Shown in pieces: positions 17,289 to 27,078 of a stretch of DNA of 57,193 nucleotides. The position numbers and the translations under genes are program-made. The first letter of the stretch is position 1; each line of letters starts with the position of its first letter. The notes under the pieces are model-generated. The model did not search any database. It saw only the letters and a program-made list of their open reading frames with translations, and was not told the DNA's origin. Source of the DNA: a virus (Duplodnaviria; Caudoviricetes); the IMG/VR virus record IMGVR_UViG_3300035670_000250, positions 1-57,193 of that record. The stretch is one strand, 5' to 3'.

Positions 17289-19253
17289 TTATGATGAAGG
17301 CGTGATGTTTATGTACACTAAGCCAGGTAATCCTGTATTTATTTTAACTTGCTTGTTTATGGTGTCTATTTTAATACGTTCAATATCGGTTGGATCGGTG
17401 GCAAAATCATCAAAAATAATATCAAACGATCCAAAATTAACCTTACTGATTACTCTTGTTTTTTGTTGTTGCATATAAACTGGAGATCCTCCGGTCCAAT
17501 GTATGTTAACATCTATATACATAGGCCCAGTGAAACCTAAATCACGATACCCATCGACGGAATATGTATGTGGTCCGCTGTCTATTAAATGGTCAGGACT
17601 AACTCCCGCGAATCCTATGCTTATAAATCTCCATTTTTGACCACTTGGGTTTGCGTCGGACCTCCTTAAAATTGTATTATTGTCAACATAACTCTTGGTG
17701 ACATACTCATTGCTTTCAAAATCGTCTGTTCTACTTCTAGCACCAGTGGATCCACTTGGCCAGACTCTTCTTATTTTTGGTGCATTGACCCAACCACCAT
17801 CGCGAGTGTCTTGAACAGAGAACAAAGGATGTTCGTACCCGTCAACAGACGTAATGCCAAAAGCAGCTGCCGATGCTATATTTTCAAACCCAACACCGTT
17901 TTGAAAAGCTGTCAGGCCACTGTAAGTACCCATAGAAAATATTCTTTTGGTGATAATTCCGCCTGTTACCATCAATTTAGCGTAACTGTCATCAACTGGA
18001 GTCGATGTTGGGAACCCAATCATCACCGAGTGGTCTTCTTGGGGTGTTAAAAACACATTGTTTCCGAGCCAGTTGTTCTTACTCAGAGTATTTCCACCTA
18101 ACGCAACTCCATCATCTGCGAAAATTCTATAGACACTTTGGTTCAAATTGTTTGCTGAGAAAGTGGTCCCGATTGACAGATCATTAATGTCGAATGTAGA
18201 ATCACCCGTTATCATCACACTCATATTTGTGAATGTGGCGGATGAACCTTGAATTACGAGAGACTCAGTTCCGAATTCTGCGTTGGTGTATCTTATATTG
18301 GTTCCAGTGAGGGTTCCAACAAAACCACTTGATGCGGTGAGACTGGTGAATGAAGCATTGGTTCCGGTGAGGGTTCCAACAAAACCACTTGATGCGGTGA
18401 GATTGGTGAATGAAGCATTGGTTCCAGTGAGTGTTCCTATGAAACCGTTTGGTGTAGTAATACCGTTGGTGAATGTAGCATTGGTTCCAGTGAGAGTCCC
18501 AGTCATATTATCGCCGGAAATCTTCACATAATTTAAGTTGTTGGGATCATTTAGTGCCACCACATACTTATTCGATCCCTCGGAACTAACCGTTATGAAA
18601 GATCCTCCTGATATATTCAGTGAGGGAGAATCGGTTGCAAATTGAGAACCGTTTGCAAACAAATCGATTCCAATATCTCCACTTTCACCTTGTCCTAAGT
18701 GGTCTATGTCAACCCAAATATAGGTGTCTTGATCTTCGTCTGTGTAGAGGTATGTGAATTCCGAACCAACAGTGGTGTTAAACCACTTATCACCTAGCAT
18801 CAGATCCGAATCGGTTGGTGCTGTGGGACCATAAAAATAACGGTTTTCTTCGGGAATCAGGCCAAGAATTGCACTCGCAGAAACTTTCTTCATCAAAGAA
18901 GAATCGGATGTGTCGGAAACTATGAAGTAATCGTTCCCCGTCAAGTCTGAGTCTGAAAGAGTCGGCTCACTTCCATTAAACTTGAGTGTTAAGTTATATG
19001 GATTTGTTGCATCTCCCGTTCCGTAAATTCCACTATTGCCCGTGGTAACAAATCCAACGAAAGGTCCATAGGAAAGATTGACCTCAAAATAACAACTTCC
19101 TGTATCAGTTAATTTTATTCCCTCGTATGATGAACCGGCACTCAGGCCTCGAATACCGAAGGAATTCAAAGTGGATATCATTTCATTGGTTCTTTGGAAC
19201 CAAGTATTGAATGTGTCAGAGAGAACTAGGGGTGTTATATTAATGCAACTCAC
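17289..19253 (-). CDS. Baseplate-attached (short) tail fibre-like protein
   Basis: N-terminal SDTFNTWFQRTNEM matches the DTF..W...TN baseplate-fibre motif of T4-like phages; YVTKSYVD fibre motif; located after VrlC. Confidence 0.7.
   Translation of the reverse strand: MSCINITPLVLSDTFNTWFQRTNEMISTLNSFGIRGLSAGSSYEGIKLTDTGSCYFEVNLSYGPFVGFVTTGNSGIYGTGDATNPYNLTLKFNGSEPTLSDSDLTGNDYFIVSDTSDSSLMKKVSASAILGLIPEENRYFYGPTAPTDSDLMLGDKWFNTTVGSEFTYLYTDEDQDTYIWVDIDHLGQGESGDIGIDLFANGSQFATDSPSLNISGGSFITVSSEGSNKYVVALNDPNNLNYVKISGDNMTGTLTGTNATFTNGITTPNGFIGTLTGTNASFTNLTASSGFVGTLTGTNASFTSLTASSGFVGTLTGTNIRYTNAEFGTESLVIQGSSATFTNMSVMITGDSTFDINDLSIGTTFSANNLNQSVYRIFADDGVALGGNTLSKNNWLGNNVFLTPQEDHSVMIGFPTSTPVDDSYAKLMVTGGIITKRIFSMGTYSGLTAFQNGVGFENIASAAAFGITSVDGYEHPLFSVQDTRDGGWVNAPKIRRVWPSGSTGARSRTDDFESNEYVTKSYVDNNTILRRSDANPSGQKWRFISIGFAGVSPDHLIDSGPHTYSVDGYRDLGFTGPMYIDVNIHWTGGSPVYMQQQKTRVISKVNFGSFDIIFDDFATDPTDIERIKIDTINKQVKINTGLPGLVYINITPSS
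18295..18505. repeat. 60-bp coding tandem repeat (GTLTGTNA[ST]FT.LTASSGFV), about 3.5 copies
   Basis: Consecutive 60-nt lines 18301, 18361 and 18421 are visibly near-identical. Confidence 0.85.
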
Positions 19254-19465
19254 TTATTCTTCCCTTCTGTAAGAATTTCGAGTATTTTTTTGGTAGTTTC
19301 CCTCAGTTCGGAAACTTCTTTCTTCAAATTATTTATGTCTTCTGTTTGTTTATTAAAAAATTGTCGTTTTCTTTCAAGGCCGTCATCTGAACCACGAACG
19401 ATGACGGCATTTGAATTCAAATCACGAAAGAGATTGTCCTCGTCTTTTATTCTTGCTATGTTCAT
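19250..19465 (-). CDS. Small coiled-coil protein typically found downstream of VrlC in cyanophage-like myoviruses
   Basis: NLFRDLNSNAVI motif plus EDINNLKKEVSELRETTKKILEIL coiled coil; synteny. Confidence 0.75.
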   Translation of the reverse strand: MNIARIKDEDNLFRDLNSNAVIVRGSDDGLERKRQFFNKQTEDINNLKKEVSELRETTKKILEILTEGKNK

Positions 19466-22400
19466 ACTGCGATCACCTTGAGATTTCTAATCGAGGGATA
19501 TCTGTTCGTATTTGATTCGGATACGAACACTATCTTCACCGCAAAGACGTTGAATTCCGAAAGATCCGCGAGTGACGTATATTCAGCGCGGACGAATTCA
19601 TCGGATCCGATTGCATTGACTTCGGATGATATTTTCGCCAATTCTATGTAACCGGCATCATCAAAAGAAATCGTTGAGTTGGGTTCCAATCTCTTGAGAT
19701 AAACCTTGATTTGAGTCTTGGATGGTTCTCTCTTGTCGAACACCACTGAAACATTTCTTGCAGGTTCATCCAGTTTTACGGTTTTTGTTATGTACCTAGA
19801 TTTTGTGGTGTTTCTGAATTTACCCGTCGAAGAACTAACTTCATCCACTGCGTCAGAAGCTTGTCTTTCCTTTGTGAATTCGGAAGATGACTGATAACTA
19901 CCGAACACGAAATTTGTAGCTCTGAGGTCTACGGCGGGAGATATTGCTGTGTTACTTCCAAGAGACAAACTTATTCCCACTGAAGAAGGAGCTCCGATTT
20001 CTTGTTTTATGATGTGTGTTGTGTTGGGGGTGTATGTCCTAGAATTGAAGGACACACTACAGAATCTAGTGTCCAAAAGAACTCCACTTACATTACTTCT
20101 CAGTTCACTCGGATACGAGAACCCAGTAATGGTGTAGGTGATTGATCCCGAGGTTCCACTGAACACACACTTGTTCACCGTGAATACCAAAGATTCATTG
20201 TTTATTTTTTGCGTGTTGCCCAAGTTCTTCGGAAGTATCATGGAACCCAAATTGGTATCCAAAACATTTTCTCTTTCGTTGACTTCACTTCCACTGATGG
20301 AAGATGGCAGGATATACGTCTTCACTGCATACGAAGAAGAGTTCGATTCCAACTCGACTGCATAATCGTTTGGTTCCAAATATATTGGATAGTCAAAATT
20401 AAACCTAACAACTTTCCCTTCTGACGGACTTCCAATTCCACTCACAGAATCCAAATCCGAGAGAGAACTCTCTGCGATTATCTTGGAAGGATTGGGATAA
20501 CCATTTACCACTGGTTTGAGGAAAAGACGAACGGGAAGATTCTTTTCCGGTGTGGTTGTAGGCCATGCGTCAAAGTGAACGTCAATGCTTTTCACGAATA
20601 TTCCGTTTGAGTATTTTGTGGAACTTATCGTGAACAACTGGGAAATATTTTCCTTCGATCTCTTGGATTTGTTTTCTCTGCGAAGGAAGTCTCTTGTCAG
20701 AACATCGTTGGAAACATTTTCCGAATTTGATGACTCTCTTCTTGAAATCAGTGGACGAATGAAATTCGAGGATGCAACATCCTTTGTGTTTCCTGATGCG
20801 TAGAAGATGGCATCAGCCGAACTCGTTGAATTTGACAGCGTGGTTCCATCCATCACACGAACTAACTTTCTTCCGGTGAGGTATGTGTCCGCATCAATTG
20901 TTATCGTTTGGGTTATTTGACCTGTATTGGAAGATGTAACTCCCGATGCGACCAATACATTGTCAAAATATATCGAGTGTTGGCGATTTGGCATCAACCC
21001 CTTGGCAGTTATTTGTGTCGATCCGTAACGGATATAAGGTGTGATGGTCGTGTCCACAACCTTTTCAGGTGTTGATGATATACTGGATCCTATGGTTGTG
21101 AAAGATCCCAATTTATCGGTTCGAAGTATGTTAGACTTATATCTCTTCTGAAGAGTGGTGTTTTTCTTGTCTATCGAGTTGACGGTAGAATCTTTTCCGA
21201 ACCAATTGTAGTCCCAAAATCTAGAATTCATGGAGAAGGCGTATTTTCCAATCAACCAAGAATCGTTATTACCTTCGGGATTACTCTTCACTCTAGGTGC
21301 AATCGCGGTCGAGAACCAAGGATCGCAGTGCGGATTCAGTTTTATTGTTCCGTTGAAGTCTGTTATGATATTCGAATTTATAAATCTAGTTGAATTGAAT
21401 CTGTCGTTCGATAGATATTCATCAGTGGTGAAATTGAATGTAACCACACCATCATTTGACGTAAGTCCTGCTCCGATCGCAGCTGAAGAATTCGTGATGT
21501 CAAATTCGTATGTGTTTGTTGGTGGTTTGAGTTCTTTTGTTTCTCTGTCAAACGAGCAATAAAAGTCTTCGTTTCCAACATCCGAAGATTCTGTTCCTGT
21601 GAATTGGTCAACCAAGAATGCTTTCTTCGGTCTTTCCAATCCTATGGTGTCATAGACAGGAGTGTTTTTTGCTTCTTGTTCCAACAGTGAAAGAGTGCTG
21701 TAGTATTCAAGATTTTGGATTCTTCTTTCCAAATCTCCGATGTCTTTCATCGTAAATCTTCTGTTGTCTTCTTGAATTATAGTCAAGTCGTTTTCATCGA
21801 ACGTATAAGGATTAAATCTTACCTTATACAAAGTCATTGCGTTTGAACTGTCTGCGGGTGGAAGGGGATTTTCACTGGGAATTCCCTCCAACACCTCAAA
21901 CTGTTTGTCTTTCGTCAAGATTATCTTGTCTATTCTCGGAAGATAATAGTCATAATCCGCACTGTGTTCATAACCATCATATGGGAAAGATACGAACGAA
22001 TATGGTCCAGTGAGTGAGAATGAAGATTCTGTTCCCTTCCTTACTGGTCTGAAATCAATTGCGTCTCGAAGTGAAATCACCTTTCCTGAATTTGATACGA
22101 AATTCGGTATATTTTCATAGTTTGGGTATGAAGCGGTAGATCCCGCGCCAACATTTTGTCCTCCAACAAACGGACCATATCCCGAATGGATGAAATACGA
22201 AACATTAGCGTCGAACGAGGTTATTCCATTTGTTTCTTTGACTTTGACCTTGGAAAAATCATACAGGGTGTCTCTTTGTCCCGTGTCCAAGATATAACCA
22301 GTCAGAGAAGCACTGATCGAATTTATTGCATAAACGTCTGTTAGATTTTCAGTTCCCGTATTGAAATAGCTGTAATAATAACCATCGGAGTCAGGACCAG

Positions 22401-24645
22401 TCAGTGTTGCTGATACTGTTGTTGCGCCAATAGATTTACTTCTTAAATCCGAGATTGAATTTGAATTTTGGAACTGACACGCAACAATCACAGTTGCATT
22501 TCCGTTTAGGGTGGATCCATTTATCGTGGCATTTTGAATGGTGAGGACTTTGGGATCTGTTCCTCCACTCACTTTCACCTCTCCTTCAACTTTTCCGTCT
22601 TCATTATAAACGGAAACTATTTGTGAAGAATTCAGATCATAAAAAATATCTGAAGAGGATATATTTGGTCCTATTTGTTTGATTCCATTCAATCCCGTTA
22701 TAGTTGAGAAGTCTGCACTCCATCCTCCCGATGAGAATGATTGGTTCGGAAGAACCAAATTCATCATAAAGTCATATCCCTTGTATTCCTTGATGACTTC
22801 TCCAAATGGTGATTCAAACACCAATGAAGTATTTTCGGTATTGTACGTTTGAAGTGGATATTCGCCACCGAAGAAAGCAGGATTGCCGGTGTTCCCTTCC
22901 AAATATATTCTTTGAGTGGAACTCAATCTCTTTCCTGCGTTGATAGAAAGTTCGTCAAAGAATATCTTATGAGTGTCAACACCTAGTCGCTGGATGTTGC
23001 GAATAGTTGCAGTTCCTATGGAATCTTGCAGAGCTCCTCCGGTAAATTCCAAAGCAGTGGAAGTCGCAAAGAATGACACATTTGATCCGGTATATGAATT
23101 GTAGTCCAAACCAGCTTCAAATGATGGGCCTGCAGCTACATAAAATGGACTTGTTGATTCAAAGGAACTCGTCACACCCCCTGTCCAACCATTTCCAGTG
23201 GCATATGGAGGACCAATTTCGATCACTGAAAATTCTGTGGAAGTTCCAACTACGCGAATTATTCTAGCTGTTATAGAAGCACTGGCGCCGGGGGGACTTT
23301 CGTTTTCCAAATCCGAAGCAATCGGAGCGAAGTATAGTGTTGCTCCTGGTAAAAAGTCTCTTGTGGTGGCATATTCACCTACCGTAAATCTCACTCCATC
23401 TACAACAGACGATACCTGACTCGTATATCCGTTTGAAGCGTCGAAATAGATTGTTTGCAAATTTCCCAAATTCAATCCAGTTGCACCATCATCAATGTTT
23501 GAGAATTTTGCAAGAACAAAAGGACCGACAGAAAATCCGTACGGAATTTCTTCGTTGTCTGTTCTGATTGAATCCTCTCCTCTTGATCTATTGTGGGTCA
23601 GATAAGTTGAGCCTTGGGTTTCAAATTCATACCCAAAAACGTACGCCTTTCCACTGTCTAATTTTGCCCTCAGTGTGTCGTCGGTGTCTCCTGTCAACAT
23701 AGTCAGTTCGAAGGGATCAACCACATAATGACCGGATTCGTCGTAAGTTCTTCTTGCGAAGGTTTCTTCGATTGCTCCCAAGTCTGCATATTTTTCTTTC
23801 TTGATCACATCTCCTGCAACAACTCTAGCAAATTCGATGAAGTCGGTTCTTTCAAATGGGTCGGCGGCCGCAGTGTCGATGGATGCAGTAAGAGATCTTT
23901 GTGCTATTTCAAGTTCTATCTTGAATCTATCCGATCCAGCTGCATTGAAGTTGAAAAATCCAGATGCAGGATCTTTGAGTGTCGAATCTTGTTCTGATGT
24001 GACAATTGATTTGTTTATATTAAAACCAACACTACTGTTTGGGGTTTCAAAATCCACATTGGATCCATCACTCTCGTAGACTCCAAGTCTTTGTGCTGCG
24101 TGAGAAACAAAGTATCCATTGGTATATCTTATTCCACTATCAACAAACATCACTAAACCATCGGAAATATCTCCAGAAGCACTTGCAGTGAATGTTATTC
24201 CATCATTTGATCCTTGTATGGAAAACGCACCCGTAACACTTTCTCCCGAGATGAATTGATAGTAGATAACGTCCTCATCAGTGATGGGATTTTTGATTCC
24301 TGTTATAATTTTCGCGTAGGAAGTTTCACCCCCAACAAGACTCAAACCGATAACCTTATCTTCCAGTTCACCAACTACGATTCCACCGCCACCGGAGAGA
24401 TTCGTTAGTGTTACTACCTTGGTTGGTATTTCTGTGATTTGACCACCAAAAACCATACTGCCGTCGTCAAGAATAAAATTTCCAAATCTTTCGATTTGGT
24501 TCTGTAGAATAGACTGCAACTGAGTCAATTCTCTTGCTTGAAGTGCATATCCAGGCCTGAAAAGAAGTTTCAGGAATCTTTTGTTTTCATCAAAATCGTC
24601 ATAATAAGGATCTATATTGAAAAAGTCTGGATCATATGACGGCAT
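19462..24645 (-). CDS. VrlC-like / DUF4815 large baseplate-associated structural protein
   Basis: PYYDDFD...LFRPGYALQARELTQLQSILQNQIERFG, ARRTYDESGHY, GKAYVFGYE, YLPRIDKI, RRFTMKDIGDLERRIQNLEYYSTLSLLE. Confidence 0.92.
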   Translation of the reverse strand: MPSYDPDFFNIDPYYDDFDENKRFLKLLFRPGYALQARELTQLQSILQNQIERFGNFILDDGSMVFGGQITEIPTKVVTLTNLSGGGGIVVGELEDKVIGLSLVGGETSYAKIITGIKNPITDEDVIYYQFISGESVTGAFSIQGSNDGITFTASASGDISDGLVMFVDSGIRYTNGYFVSHAAQRLGVYESDGSNVDFETPNSSVGFNINKSIVTSEQDSTLKDPASGFFNFNAAGSDRFKIELEIAQRSLTASIDTAAADPFERTDFIEFARVVAGDVIKKEKYADLGAIEETFARRTYDESGHYVVDPFELTMLTGDTDDTLRAKLDSGKAYVFGYEFETQGSTYLTHNRSRGEDSIRTDNEEIPYGFSVGPFVLAKFSNIDDGATGLNLGNLQTIYFDASNGYTSQVSSVVDGVRFTVGEYATTRDFLPGATLYFAPIASDLENESPPGASASITARIIRVVGTSTEFSVIEIGPPYATGNGWTGGVTSSFESTSPFYVAAGPSFEAGLDYNSYTGSNVSFFATSTALEFTGGALQDSIGTATIRNIQRLGVDTHKIFFDELSINAGKRLSSTQRIYLEGNTGNPAFFGGEYPLQTYNTENTSLVFESPFGEVIKEYKGYDFMMNLVLPNQSFSSGGWSADFSTITGLNGIKQIGPNISSSDIFYDLNSSQIVSVYNEDGKVEGEVKVSGGTDPKVLTIQNATINGSTLNGNATVIVACQFQNSNSISDLRSKSIGATTVSATLTGPDSDGYYYSYFNTGTENLTDVYAINSISASLTGYILDTGQRDTLYDFSKVKVKETNGITSFDANVSYFIHSGYGPFVGGQNVGAGSTASYPNYENIPNFVSNSGKVISLRDAIDFRPVRKGTESSFSLTGPYSFVSFPYDGYEHSADYDYYLPRIDKIILTKDKQFEVLEGIPSENPLPPADSSNAMTLYKVRFNPYTFDENDLTIIQEDNRRFTMKDIGDLERRIQNLEYYSTLSLLEQEAKNTPVYDTIGLERPKKAFLVDQFTGTESSDVGNEDFYCSFDRETKELKPPTNTYEFDITNSSAAIGAGLTSNDGVVTFNFTTDEYLSNDRFNSTRFINSNIITDFNGTIKLNPHCDPWFSTAIAPRVKSNPEGNNDSWLIGKYAFSMNSRFWDYNWFGKDSTVNSIDKKNTTLQKRYKSNILRTDKLGSFTTIGSSISSTPEKVVDTTITPYIRYGSTQITAKGLMPNRQHSIYFDNVLVASGVTSSNTGQITQTITIDADTYLTGRKLVRVMDGTTLSNSTSSADAIFYASGNTKDVASSNFIRPLISRRESSNSENVSNDVLTRDFLRRENKSKRSKENISQLFTISSTKYSNGIFVKSIDVHFDAWPTTTPEKNLPVRLFLKPVVNGYPNPSKIIAESSLSDLDSVSGIGSPSEGKVVRFNFDYPIYLEPNDYAVELESNSSSYAVKTYILPSSISGSEVNERENVLDTNLGSMILPKNLGNTQKINNESLVFTVNKCVFSGTSGSITYTITGFSYPSELRSNVSGVLLDTRFCSVSFNSRTYTPNTTHIIKQEIGAPSSVGISLSLGSNTAISPAVDLRATNFVFGSYQSSSEFTKERQASDAVDEVSSSTGKFRNTTKSRYITKTVKLDEPARNVSVVFDKREPSKTQIKVYLKRLEPNSTISFDDAGYIELAKISSEVNAIGSDEFVRAEYTSLADLSEFNVFAVKIVFVSESNTNRYPSIRNLKVIAV

Positions 24646-24654
24646 CTTTTACTC

Positions 24655-27066
24655 CTAAATTCCGACGATTAGATTTATTTCTTCATCGGTTTGATAATTT
24701 CTTTCTATACCAGGGAAATTTTGAACGTAAAGAACTTCTCCAGAACCATAAGAAATTTCTGGTTTTGTTATACTATTTATCTGAGCGTACAGTGGTATTC
24801 CCGATTTCTTGTAATACAAGATGTAGTCACCCACTTCAAATTTATCTGGTCTGGCACCAACTAATTTTAAAGTTCCTGTATTGTAAGCGGGATCTCCAGG
24901 AAGTGACAATACGGGCCCCAAGTTTGCTTCCCAATCAAAACAAAAAGCATTAGATTTATATTCGGTACTACTCGTTATTTTTGATACGGTATCGTCTTCG
25001 AAGGCATATATTAATTGATCCTGTTGAAAGGTGAAACTTTCAAACAATTCGTTTGCCTGTGATTGAAGAGTGAGTTCCGTCACCATAGAATATGAATCTC
25101 TGAAATTTTGATATGTGGGGACTCTTATGTCTTGAACAGTGAAACTTGAAGAATATGTTCCGTCTCTATCCATTGCATAGACGATTTCGTTTTCTTTAAA
25201 GTTTCCACGAATCGGACTGACATACACATCACTTGCATCTACGCGAATCACTTTACCCGAAGCGTAGGAGGGTCTCAATCCAATTGATTTATTTCCCACT
25301 CCCACTACTATGTCTCTAGATTCCACAGAACTCACTGTTGTAGTTGCTTCCAAAACAACAGTTTCTTTGTTTTCCAATCCTGCGATATCTATCAATTCAA
25401 ATCCGTCATTTGGATCTATAGCAACTCCAGAAATATAATCAAAATCCCCGATTGAACCCGACAATCCATTTACGAGATACTCATATCCTGGGTTGTCGTC
25501 AAATGCAGTAGAACGAAGAACAGTTCCATCCAAAGTTGCGGAAGAACCAGTGAGTGTGACCGAATCACCGGCAGATATTCCTGAACCAACTCCGTCGATT
25601 GTTCTCACCAAAGCTATTCTGTCTCTCAAGGAGGGGTTTTTTATCAGTGCTATTTGTCTGAAATCATTTACTGCTTCTATTCTTCCTTCTTCCGTTCCCT
25701 CGAATGTAGTCTTAATGAGTATCTTCGAAGCACCCAATTCCAAAACTGCATTGCTTCCGTGTCCATTCGGTGGTGAGAGACTTATGAGGAATAGGTCATT
25801 TGGAATAGGATCTCCCGTGTTTACAGCTGTGAGACCCTTTGGAGAAAAAGCTCTAGCGTAAGTATAATTTTCCCCTATGTCGATCAGATCGACACCAGTC
25901 AAGAAAGCGGTTGCACCACTCGATGAAAAGGTCACTAGTCCCAAAGCACTTTCTAAATTTGAATTTCCCGATGCAGTTGGACTTCTCGCTTCTCCATCTC
26001 CTAATATTTTTAGGGATGGGAGAATGTTGATAGCACTCCTCGATTCTGTTGCACTATATGCGGAGAGTCCTTCGTCCAATGGATCGACTTCGATTGTGAG
26101 ATATTGTGAACTTCCAATTTTTGTCCTAGAACTAGATTTTATGACTCTAGTTTGTCCGTCTCCTGGACCAGATATGACATAGAACAACATGTTCCTGAGT
26201 GAATTTGTTGCGGTATTTGTACCAAAATAATCTATTGTTATAGAAGTTGCACCGGCAGAAACGCCGGATATTGGATATATAGCATCATCTGTTCCAACAA
26301 CAGAATATCTAGAATCAAAAGTATACAATCCTCTATACAATTCATTCAAATATATTGAACTGATTGAACCAGGAACTGCGTTGTCTTGTATGCTTTTATG
26401 CTTCAGTAATTCGGTCTCGGATGGATCTGGCTCGAAATCGATGTATCTTACAGGAATATAACTATCTTCTTCTGTTCTCCCCTCAACGGTATAATTGAGT
26501 AAGTCGGAAGAATTTATTTGATAAATGAGTTTCCATTTATACCCATCTCCAGTGTCAAAAACCTCCAAACCCGTGCTACTCGGTTTGTTTATTGAAGCTG
26601 GGCCTGACGCCGAAAATGCACCCCCCGATAAGCCAGAATTGTTTTCTATGCATTTGTAAATGCACCTATTGTCACTATTGAAAACATAAAACATCCTAGA
26701 AGGATCTTCAAACATGTTTTGGTCGTAGCGATAAGGAAAATATGTCTTATTTTGTTGCCATTCATTTCTAGGAATAAGGAAAGAAACGTCGTCTCTGCTT
26801 ATTTTTTTCATCGCTGTGCAAGTTCTGTAAAATTCGTATTTTTCTTCGTCTGTGTCTCTTGGCAACGGAACCGTGTTGTCGTCTCCGACTAAATTGGAAG
26901 GATACACAAAACCAGATTGCAAAACGCCTTCCTCTATAACAGACCAAGAAATTGGATTTCCAAAAGCAACAAACCAAGAATTTTCATATGGATTTTTCAG
27001 ATAATCCATGAAAGCATCGACTACTTCTTTTTTGAGATTTGTTGTTAATTCTATGCAACTAGCCAT
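24655..27066 (-). CDS. gp8: Baseplate wedge protein
   Basis: IPRNEW, YVFNSDNRCIYKCIENN, TGDGYKWKLIY, SPPNGHGSNAVLELGA, NDFRQIALIKNP, GSGEVLYVQN...IER. Confidence 0.88.
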   Translation of the reverse strand: MASCIELTTNLKKEVVDAFMDYLKNPYENSWFVAFGNPISWSVIEEGVLQSGFVYPSNLVGDDNTVPLPRDTDEEKYEFYRTCTAMKKISRDDVSFLIPRNEWQQNKTYFPYRYDQNMFEDPSRMFYVFNSDNRCIYKCIENNSGLSGGAFSASGPASINKPSSTGLEVFDTGDGYKWKLIYQINSSDLLNYTVEGRTEEDSYIPVRYIDFEPDPSETELLKHKSIQDNAVPGSISSIYLNELYRGLYTFDSRYSVVGTDDAIYPISGVSAGATSITIDYFGTNTATNSLRNMLFYVISGPGDGQTRVIKSSSRTKIGSSQYLTIEVDPLDEGLSAYSATESRSAINILPSLKILGDGEARSPTASGNSNLESALGLVTFSSSGATAFLTGVDLIDIGENYTYARAFSPKGLTAVNTGDPIPNDLFLISLSPPNGHGSNAVLELGASKILIKTTFEGTEEGRIEAVNDFRQIALIKNPSLRDRIALVRTIDGVGSGISAGDSVTLTGSSATLDGTVLRSTAFDDNPGYEYLVNGLSGSIGDFDYISGVAIDPNDGFELIDIAGLENKETVVLEATTTVSSVESRDIVVGVGNKSIGLRPSYASGKVIRVDASDVYVSPIRGNFKENEIVYAMDRDGTYSSSFTVQDIRVPTYQNFRDSYSMVTELTLQSQANELFESFTFQQDQLIYAFEDDTVSKITSSTEYKSNAFCFDWEANLGPVLSLPGDPAYNTGTLKLVGARPDKFEVGDYILYYKKSGIPLYAQINSITKPEISYGSGEVLYVQNFPGIERNYQTDEEINLIVGI

Positions 27067-27078
27067 TTGCTTTAATTC

